Source: Octopus vulgaris
Taxonomy: Eukaryota
Assembly (NCBI GenBank): GCA_951406725.2
Contig: OX597814.1
Coordinates: 92,070,001-92,134,000 of the forward strand
DNA: 64,000 nt
Reading direction: 5' to 3'
This document shows, one piece after another, positions 53,528 to 64,000 of this stretch. The notes beneath the pieces were generated by a model. The model saw only the letters and a program-made list of their open reading frames with translations, was not told the DNA's origin and did no database searches. The position numbers and the translations under genes were made by a program. Numbering within the stretch: position 1 is the stretch's first letter; each line of letters begins with the position of its first letter.

Positions 53528-54928
53528 TATGTATGTATATATTTATGCTGATAGATTGGTTTCGTTTTACACCCCAATAAAGTATTCTTGATTGATTCAG
53601 TTTTTTTTCGGTTTTGTATTATCAAAAGACTCAGACTGCAAGGTGACTGCAATGCCTGGATTGTTATATTAGTGCAAAAAGCTAGTAAAGTTACAATACT
53701 TGCATTTTTCACTGATTCCACTTGTAATTTCATATATATTTTAATTTTACTTTAAGTGGACATCACTATTTTCCAGTATGTCTTGCTAAACATGATTAGT
53801 GAAAGCTAATGATATATGTAGTAATGCTCATTTTTTTGTTAATTTTTCAATAACAGAAACATTTTTATATATTTTTATTTTATTCTAGTGAGAAATGCGA
53901 GTTGAGGTTAGAGAAAAAAAGAAAGCAAATTTTAAAGTAAATTGCGGTAAGTCACGCAAATGAAGAAACATAAAATGAAAGAAAGATATACATAAAAATA
54001 AAACACATCTAATGTCTAATTAACCCATGTTTCATATAGGAAAATAATTATCTCAGCATTGCCTTGTATTAAAGCAGCCTATCATTAGTTTCCCATTTAC
54101 AGACCACGTGATAATGTTCGCTCAACACGTATATTACAATGAATTTGTCTCGAGTTTCAGTACTAAGTCCACAATTAGTAAATGTTTCGAAGATCTTAAA
54201 CCTAATTTAAAATAAAAACCTGAAGTTAGCTTAACGATGTGTGCATCATTAATAACACGTTTGTCTACGCAAAAAAATAGCATCTGCAGTGGAATTCGAT
54301 AAATGACCAGAAATTCTTTTTAGTAGCTTTGCGTGATAAAAGTTCTCGATTACATCAGCAGATTGTGAGACACCGGTGCTTCGGTGCAACTCTAGAAAAG
54401 CGAAGTCGCTTTCCTGTAAATGACGATGCGACATTATGCTGAAATATCACTCACATACAGGCATTTACACAAACACACACACACACATACACACACGCAT
54501 ACATGCCTCTGTATGTGGCATATCAGTCTTATTGTTAATAAATATATACATATATATATATACATTTACATTTTGATCGAATCCCCAGTGAGTTAACACA
54601 TAATCACAATGTGAACTCCATTTAATAAAGGCATCTTTTGCCTGAAGAGTAGCTTTTAGTTTAGGTTTACCACTTGGTTAGATAATTACTACTTCTGAGA
54701 TTCCGCTAGCTACGGAACATATGTGGCCTAGAATTTATCGACTCCATTCGCTAATTGTTGGAAACGTTTTCGTATTTACAGCAACCATAGTTGCTAACTG
54801 TGAACTATTTCTAGTTTATAAACCAAAATTTTTCCTGAAAGTTTTTTTTTAATATTTTCTACCGCCTGTTTGAAGCTCAATAACTTTCTGCACCTTGATA
54901 CTTGGATTTTTATCTTCACATACATACA

Positions 54929-54983
<55 letters not shown>

Positions 54984-57900
54984 CTGCTCCTTATTCTATT
55001 TATCACTAAATGGTGAAAGCTAAACTCGACATCGGCGAAATTGGAGCTCACGATGTTAAGGGAAACGAAATGCTATAAAGCATTTTAACCGGTTTGCTAA
55101 TAATTCTACCAGCTCTCCGTCTTGCAATGAAGTGTTTAATATTTCATAATATTCAAAACAAACGAAACTAATTAATGCTATTCATGGCTGATTTAGTGAC
55201 TTATATAAATGACAAGCATTTCAGAAATAAAAATTATAGCTAGACGCTTTTCTAATGTCTAGAGAACAGAACACATCATGATTTCAATGCCAATGTAGCT
55301 TGAAAACCGTTATTCAAGAAACCAAAATATCAACTTCACAATATATCTTGATATAATTTGTCAGACGAGTAGCCGGGCACATTGTGGCTGCTGAAAAATA
55401 CAGTTACACAGTTGATGGTTAAAAAGAAAAGAATTTGTATTTGTTTCAAAGGCTGACTTCCAGTACACTGGTAGATTTGATTAAACTGTCGCTACCCAGA
55501 TCTCAAGAGTACAGCATTGAATGAATTAAACTATAGAAACAAATGAAATAGTTCGCTGATTTATTACTGTGAATATATTTGTTTCTTATTGACCAGAGAT
55601 CTAACGATAAGATACTTGGTATATCCGGACACCAGACACTATTGAAATAGAAATTTGAAACTTATGAGAAGAACTGCAGGCGCATCATATAATGGTTGAT
55701 ATTTAGCCTTAGAGAGACATACGTTCGAAGGCGTACCAGCATTGTCCATTCTTAATAAATTGTTTTGCAGCTGACATATAGTGTTGCATCTATATTGTGA
55801 CTCCTCACAGGCTCCTATCAAGGAGTAGATGAGAATGTTCATTGAACCATAAAGCCATTTAATAAATTTCTCTCTACGTTCACAGTATACTCGTCTAGTC
55901 AATTCCCCTCCCGCCCCCGTCAGAAAAATATAATTCAAGTGAACTAGTATGAAGTGCTTAGAGTTGAAATCCTCAAAGTTCCCTTTCGAACCAGACAAGG
56001 GTCAATGCAAATTTCAACTCAGATTTAGATTTATGTCTAACGTTGCTAGCAAAGATGCAAATATCCTGCATCGCATTGTGAAGAAAGCCATTCGGATGAA
56101 CAGCAAAGACTGAATTCTCACACTGCAAACACTGGCTCGCAGCAACATTGTTCCTTTTTTTTACTTTTTTTCGGCGGGATGGGTGCTGCTTCGTTCAATT
56201 CTACAATGCCCTCTACTCAAAGAGAATATTTGTGTAGTTTTCAAGTCAAATACATACTGCATACTTGTTGTCTCGTCCGTATTGCGTTTTGCTCTTTCAA
56301 ATAACAAATTAAGCTCTCACAACCAACCCTTCTAATTGATCCTGTAAATGACACACTATACTATTTGAATCTGAATATCAACATGCAAAATTTAATCGAT
56401 ATTACCTTTGCCGAGACAATGTGTGCTACTCTTTGTTCTATGACAAATAAAAATGAACTCCAAGTATTCATTTGTATACATTTTTATTTATGTCTACCAT
56501 TTATACACGAATATGATTCTTGCAACAGCTAAAATACATTACATGATAACCTATTAAGACCCAATTTATTATCGTTTAGTATTTTCGTGTTACATTTTAT
56601 TTGATGTTTGAAAGTCTATTATAGTAATTAATTGTATCTTTGAAAATAGAAATAGCTTGTTGTTTATTTTATTTAATACAATTTAAATGGTGCAGAGAAC
56701 TATAATGATTTTCAGAAAACAAAACATTAGCGTCAAATATGTAAAGCAAAATTTGATTACATTTCCAAGGAGACATTTTACGTGTTTTTTTTTTCAAATT
56801 ATGTTTTAACACTACCATGATTTGTTAGATGAGAAAAGTTATTCAAGAAATATAATTCAATAAGTTAATAATTGAATGTTCCACCAGAACGTTTGTGAAG
56901 TGTTTCCCTAGCTAATTGATGGTCAACTTTCCAACAAGAGCAAATATACTATTTGATAAAATGAGAAGGAGGGACGCAAGCAACATGTGCAGTCCACTTC
57001 ACTAAACTAGTATATAATTTTCAGCTGCAATGTCCGTAATTCATGGCAATGCCAATATGGAAGACGATACTTGGTCGTTCTTTATGCCTGAGGTAACAGA
57101 CATACAGCCATACACCACACAAATCAGCTTTAAAAACAGAAAGGCCACACAGGACAATGTATCCCCGGATATAAAAAGAGTTTTCTTTTTACATATTTGG
57201 CACTCTGATACAAATATTCAATATCAAATTTTATGAAATTTTTAGCAGCACAGGTGTCCTATAATTCTCTTATATATGTGTACATAGGTGCATTAGGTAC
57301 TCCCTACGTTTGTTTTCCAAGAAACACAAAATATTTTCATAAAACGACTATACTCACGTCCTCACCCATTCTACGATATGAATTCTAAATTAGTATAAGG
57401 AATGTTGTCAAGTTTTAATCTCTCATTTATACTTAAAGGTCTGACTAAATATAAAGGTAGGTGGAAATAAAGTCACATAACCGACAAAGTTATATTTGGT
57501 AGGAAAAGTATCAAGTTTCATTTAAATATATTTCATTTAAATATGCAATATAATTACACAAATATTTAAGTCGCTTATTAATTGGCAATAATACCTTGTA
57601 GACAATATCAATATAACTTATACAATAGGCATTAAACGTAATTGATAAAAATATAAATATTTTAATGAAACAAACAAATTTTAATTCAAGAACTTTTTCT
57701 TCCGCCATACCGATTCTATTATTTAGCTTCAGAACAGTTCTAATCAAGTAAACGTGTGACCTGTCGCAATACATTGCGGAGTAAAATATGCTGTAGTATT
57801 TAGTTACTTTGTTTAAGTTCTGATTCAAAATTCGCACCTCTCAGAAGTAAAATCCACCAAGGAGTGATGAAATAATTGGTATATCATAGTCATTTATCTA

Positions 57901-59098
57901 TGTTGGAATTCATTGTTCTTTCCCGAGTGAGTTCTTGTGAAGGAAAAATACTTTCATTTTATAGAATGATAAAAACGTATCTTTAAAACTCCTTCTTTTT
58001 CTGATTATATTTTATTAAAATGTTTCAGTAGAAACTTTCAATCTTGTTATTTCATAGAAATTTATTAAAAAAATATAACTTTCAGAACCATTTCTTAATC
58101 AACTATCAAAACCATTAAAGATATTATTTATTCTTTATAATTTGGTATCTTTTCTTACATCGCTAAAGGTTACATTTTCTTTAAAAAAAAGAGCTTTATT
58201 TTTAATCTTACAGGTCTTATCATTCCATGCCACAAATATTTCTCTTTCCAATATCTCACATTTAAAAAATCCTGAAAACAATACTAAAACGATTTGTTAA
58301 TTTTAGATATTGTTAAGTATTTAAATTTTAAATTTGAACTTTGATACCCTATACAGATGCTTCATCGAAGAATGAATTTCAGAAATTTCATTTGTGTACC
58401 ATAGAAAAAGTCTCCATATGGAGAGATAGGTGGTAAATATTAAAGTTAGAAACCACTGCACGGTCCTTCGGGGTACTAGAAATAGCAGCAACGTTTCCAT
58501 TAGATAATGCTCTGCCGTCTTAAATACCAAAATGAATCCATTAAATAAGATAGACTTAGACGAGAGAATCACGAATGGAATACATTTTGTCAAAGTACAG
58601 TTCCATCAAGGCCAATTTGAGTCACACAATAACAACAGATGTTTGATTTAACTCAGGCTTCAATAAAATCAGAAAGATATAAAAAATGAGATTCATAAGA
58701 ATGATGAACCATATTGCTAATATATAGAAAGACAGAAAAAAACATTTCAATATTATAAGCTTTTCAACAAGTATCAATACATATATGGAAACAAAGGGAA
58801 TTAAATATGAAAACTTGTGTTGCAAACTCAGCTTCTCGATATGTAGAAGTTTTCATTATAAACAGCACTTAGTAGTGTATTCTGTTCCAAAACATATTTG
58901 TCACATGGATGTGTTTTAAATTAGCCTTATAATTACACCACTTTCATAAGGAAAAAAATTCTTCACTAAAGGATTTATCTCCAGTTTCAATTAATCGATT
59001 TATCCTGCTTCTAACAACTTCAGATAAGGACATCGTTTTGACATTTCAGGTATGCGATTATGTTTATTTGCTCTCTATAGAATTTTATATCTAAATGT

Positions 59099-59136
<38 letters not shown>

Positions 59137-59154
59137 AACAAACACACACGCACA

Positions 59155-59191
<37 letters not shown>

Positions 59192-61382
59192 ACACACGTA
59201 TATATATGGATATGTGTGTCTAAGACTATGTGTAGCAGGTTAGAAAATATGGAAAAATCTATTATATAATCTACCTCGAAATCTTAGGCGCGTCATATAT
59301 ATACACACCCATACACAGAAACGCAAACACACTACGCGCGCGCGTGTGTGTGCGTATATGTGTGTGAGTGAGTGTATGTGTGTGTGTGAGTGAGTGTGTA
59401 GCAACGCTCATTTCTGCTGAACGGATAGGAAATGAATGTGTAATACATGTAGAATATATGGTTTATTGAAATTGAATGATTATCTTACAACAAGAGTGCA
59501 ATGGCGGGGAAACATAATGTTTAGCAAAGAGTTTCCGCTTTCGCTAATGCATAAATTGCTCCTTTGGATATTCGATTCATAACAGTCAAAACAATTTCTC
59601 CACGATATTTAACTTCAAAGAATTAAAAGTAGACAGTCAAAGGACCTTATTCATTCTTAGTTAAAGGGAACCTGCTTTAAAAAATGCTACTCAATAATCG
59701 ATTTTTAAATGCATGCATTTTTATTAATATGATCAACTGCAAATTTCTAGATATTTAGACGTATATGGATCAACATGATTCATGAATTGTTTAATGAATT
59801 GATTAAATAAGGTAATAATGTACCAATTGAAATCAAATATTATAGAGTTAAATCATGTTAAAGTTCAAAATTGCAAACCTGAAAAGGAAATGTAAGAGCA
59901 TACTCATACACAAATATTCATAAAGCAAATTTTTTGGATATTTTCTCTACGTATTCTAAATGTTCTAAAATAAGGCACAATCATGCTTGAAAATGTGAAA
60001 AATCTGAATGATAAAGATTTATCACCCATTTTGATACACAGTTAGTCTCTAATGAGGAATTTCAACCGTGTTTCGTGGTCTGCTACCACAACAGCTCCTT
60101 TATAGGATCCAGTTAGCTCAGGACATTATCAGGAGGAACCACGTCCTGTTTCGATCCCTACTCCTCTACCGTTTTGACGTGGTGTGCACTCCCCTTTCGA
60201 AGGTTTCTTCAGCTCTGATGTTGGGTGCATGTCTTCTTTCTTATTCTTTCTTCTGTTCCCCGGCCTCTTCGATGTAGCGTCAACGAGTATCAGCGGACGA
60301 CTGACTGTCTTGTCAATTTTTTCCCCTCTAAATACATGCTGGGAGGCTCCAGCAGGCAGCCCCAGCAAGTTGTCACGTGACACTGTCTCAACTTTAACTG
60401 ACCAATGAAGGCGCGTAGTCTCAGCTCACATATTCTCTAAACGATACCGTCATCTGTCAATCAGCGAAGCTAATTCGGTGTCTGTCTCACCTATTGATGT
60501 TATTTTCCGCCGGCATGTTATGACTTTCAAGCCATTTTTGGTCTTCCCGCTTCAGCCATATATAGAAGCTGGCTGTTTCGACCGCCTCCTGTACTTATAT
60601 TACATACGTTTTATGCTTACATACCGAGATGAGTTCAGGATTCTTACTCAAGGTAGAACCACATATAGAAACTACCTTTATTGTTTTTGTCATACATAAA
60701 TCAGAAAACCTTTCACTACCATTATAACATTTGATTATTGCTAAAATTTCCATTCGAAATGAAAATAACTTTCTATAATCCCGTCGCTATTAGCTAGGCA
60801 TAAATTTATGATTCTCGAGTCAAAATCAATATGTGCAATTGTCTCTAGTTTGAACAGCAAGCGCAATACAGACTGGACAAAAATCCAATCAACATATCTT
60901 CATTTCAGAATCTGAATGCTCTATGCGTAAAATCTTACAGCCAAGTCTGTTATTTAGAACTCGAACTTATAAAAGAGGTAATGAGTGAAAACGTCGTGAG
61001 AATATTAACGTACAACCCATGATAAAAGGACTAGCATGATTACAGAATATTACATCAAATTACGCAGGATTTTGTTCTGTCATAATAAATAATATATAGG
61101 AACAAGCAACTGACAAAATGTTAGAAAATATATAACAAAAGTGTTTGATTTTATTACCATATAAATATTTCATTATCTATACACGTATGTATACCTACTC
61201 TCTCTCCCCCTCACTCTCTCTCTCCCTCACACACACACATACACACACATGCATTTATTACTTTTGCCTCTAAAATATCTCGAAGTTAATCTGTGTCTTG
61301 CAGACACTGGGAAACAAAACTATGCCTATAAATAAAAAAAAAACAGTTACCGTCATTCTGATAAAACGTTAATTTCTATGCG

Positions 61383-63805
61383 TAGGCGTGGGAGTGGCTG
61401 TGTGGTAAGTAGCTTGCTTACGTCATTGCCACCCCATTGCGCATGTGCGAATTAGAGTTGTCTTTAACACAGAAGTTGTAAGACGTGTTTTTTGAAAGAC
61501 GTCTTCAATTGAAGACTTTTGAAACTCAGCCGTAAGGTAAGAATTTGGTGGTGGGGGGTCTAGTGGGGACCTGTTGTATGTCGCAAATTATTTTTACAAG
61601 CAAGAAGTCCTCACTAAACTCTAGTCTGCCTGAGGCTGAGTGAAAATATTATTCAGTTAATTGTGAAAATTATTGGTTTGGTGGGCGTATCCTGCCAAAA
61701 TTTTTGTTTTAAAATAGTGTTGTTCCTGTTAAGGAGTACCTAGAAGAATATTGGAATGATTTTTTTAACTGTTTTACAATTGTGTTAAATTTTGGCCTGG
61801 AGAACCAAGTAGCCTTTGCTGTGTTTTGAACTGTTGCTCTCTCTCCTTCTATCTTTGATTTTTTTAAAAAAGACTTTATTGAACTGTTAATTTTTTTCTC
61901 TCTCCTTCCTTTTGTTTGGACCTTTTTCCTCTTCCTTCTTTTTCTTTAATTATTTTATATTTTAACAACTGTATTTTTGGACTCTTTTAAAAACAATATG
62001 GCAAATAACAATGAAAAGCTGGTGAAGTGGGAAATTACACCACCCCAAAAATGGTTTAAAGAACTTGAAAGTAAGACAGTGGTTTTGAGGACCTACTCTA
62101 GGACCCTAGACGCCATTGCCGTTTTCTGAAAGGATATAATCGAAAGAGAACTGGCAGAATTTAAGCCAGCGATTAGGTTTATCACTCGGTGAGTCAACTG
62201 CGCAAGCATGTGGTTGCTGTTTGACTCCCCAGAAGTGGCCTGTGAATTTGCAAGTCAGCCCCTGGAGGGTAATGTAATCTTGTTTCTTCCCACTTATTGT
62301 GGGAAGAGTTTGACGAGGGCTTGGGTTTGCGGCTTGCCACCCGGAGTTGAGCCCCAGTGGATAGGAGATACTATCCGCCAGGATCTAGATGGCAGTAGCA
62401 CCAAGCTCCTTAGCGTATATATTCTGCATGCGGTTGACTGAGAGGTGTCAAAAGCTGTTTTGACTCTATGGACCCAGTCAACCGAAAGTCTGGTATTTCC
62501 AGACATTTTGAGAATGGCCGGGTCTAAGTATCCGTTGATTCTTGAGAGACGCCCCGCTCCAAGTGTCATCGGTGCTTGAAGCCTAGCCATATAATTAAAG
62601 AACTGTTCTCAAGGGCAAAGCAAAGTCCCGGAGCGGTTGACGGAGACCTCTGTAGAGGAGGGAATAAAGGCGGCCGAAGAGACGGAGGACTCCTCAAAGA
62701 AGAGCCGCAAAAGGGAAAAGGAGAGCAATAATGGGTGCTCACCGAAGGATCCTGGGGATGGGGGAGGGGAGGCGAATCTCCACGTCACGGAGAAGACGCA
62801 CTCCCCCAGTCGAGAAAAAAAAGAGAAAGAGGAGGAGAAACGGGACATTGCCGGCAGTCGGAGACATGACGCCGGAATGTCACGAAGCCTCGTCGGTTGT
62901 GCCACCGGAGGGGGTAGAAATACTATTGCCGGGAATTGTGCCACCAACGGTGGAATTGACCGACCCGGACCCGATGGATCAGAAACAGTTGGTCTTCTTT
63001 TATAGAGGCGGAGAGGTGGAAAAGATAGTGAAAGAACACTACGAGGGAATACCTGTGGTCTTCACACAGGACCACGAATGGCCTCCGCAGATAGCTGTGG
63101 AGGTCATATCGTTGCGCCTGTTTATGATGCTGGACGGACTAAAAGAAGAATATCGCTCGTGGCCCGGTAACGCCAACTTGGACCCCGCCGTGATTTTAAA
63201 CAAAGCATTGGTTATGGCGGAGTACACGGACACAAGCGATTATGATGTGGAAAATTGACAAGAGGTTGAAAAGCCTCAGTGTTATAAATTGTAAGAGGCC
63301 CAGCACCTCATTTGTAAATGGACTAGTGTTGATTGTATATTGAATATTTTTTGCATGTTAATATTTGTAATGGACTATTAAGTCCAAAAACTGTAAAAAC
63401 TGTTGTGAGAGGTTCAATACCTCGCTTTGTTTATTCTGTTTTAAAAAAAAGAATGTTTTAGAGAAGAAAATCGGCGGGCGTTTTTGCCTTCTCTCATCAA
63501 TATCATCCTTATTTCATCATTCACCTCATCAATGTATATGTCCAGCCCGCAGCTACTCTTTGTAATTGCTTTATGGCAAATGTTTTATGAAATAAAGTAG
63601 CTTACTTACCAACCACATGGTTCCGGGTTCAGTTCCACTGCGTGGCACCTTGGTCAAGTGTCTTCTACTATAGCCTCGGGCCGACCAAAGCCTTGTGAGT
63701 GGATCTGGTCGGCAGAAACTGAAAGAAGCCCGTCGTATATATGAATATATGTATGGGTGTGTGGGTGTGTTTGTGTGTCTGTGTTTGTCCCTCCCGCCTC
63801 CAACA
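61383..63805 (+). mobile_element. SINE family B copy split in its tRNA-like head
   Basis: Head at 61383-61421 resumes at 63595 'aagtagcttacttaccaaccacatggttccgggttcag'. Confidence 0.9.
61422..63594 (+). mobile_element. ORF1-only (HAL1-like) Tx1/L1-type retroelement with 15-bp TSD
   Basis: TSD aagtagcttgcttac (61407-61421) / aagtagcttacttac (63595-63609). Broken ORF 61998-63258 with 'LILERRP..KCHRCLKPSHIIK.C' zinc knuckle; ends at aataaa; no EN/RT. Confidence 0.8.
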
Positions 63806-63807
63806 TC

Positions 63808-64000
63808 TGGCGTTATATAGAGGTTTAATGGCGGGCAAGTGTAAGCTCGTTCTCGGGAAGAGCCTAAGCGCCGACAAAAATCAATGGTTGGTCTGTTTCG
63901 GTGGACTTTCTCGCCGGAGCCTATGGATAATTTCCAGAAATCTTTGGCCTGGCAGTGATACCGGGTGTATTGTCGGTTACGGGGAAACTCTACTAGCACA
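63808..64000 (+). mobile_element. Tx1-like ORF2 C-terminal fragment running off the window
   Basis: 'ALYRGL...GLFRWTFSPEPMDNFQKSLAWQ*YR'. Confidence 0.6.

Noticed and set aside
55639-55998. 'LLRMDNAGTP' as a pogo DDE motif
   Set aside because: A single short motif with no supporting downstream LPPNTT/QP signature.

Overview
AT-rich, microsatellite-laden eukaryotic DNA. The SINE families and repeat spectrum look like an octopus/cephalopod intergenic or intronic region (inference from recalled repeat consensus). No intact host protein-coding gene can be supported, and almost all listed ORFs are microsatellite artefacts or transposon fragments. The window is a graveyard of decayed elements: DD37D/maT, mariner and Tc1 transposons, an autonomous-type Helitron plus nested non-autonomous Helitrons, R4/Dong, RTE, CR1-group and Tx1-like LINEs, Penelope-like elements (PLE), and two abundant SINE families. 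The most notable signals are non-coding. (i) At least nine minimal hammerhead-ribozyme (HHR) motifs from about six unrelated sequence families, including a ~320-nt unit that joins a tRNA-Arg(TCT)-derived Pol III head to an HHR (retrozyme/SMalpha-like) and a ~420-bp palindrome with two outward-facing HHRs at its axis. (ii) ORF1-only 'half-Tx1' elements, one inserted with a 15-bp TSD into the tRNA-like head of a SINE. (iii) A ~550-bp non-coding element found three times next to trinucleotide (mostly AAT) repeats. All calls were made by eye; boundaries are approximate unless a motif is quoted.
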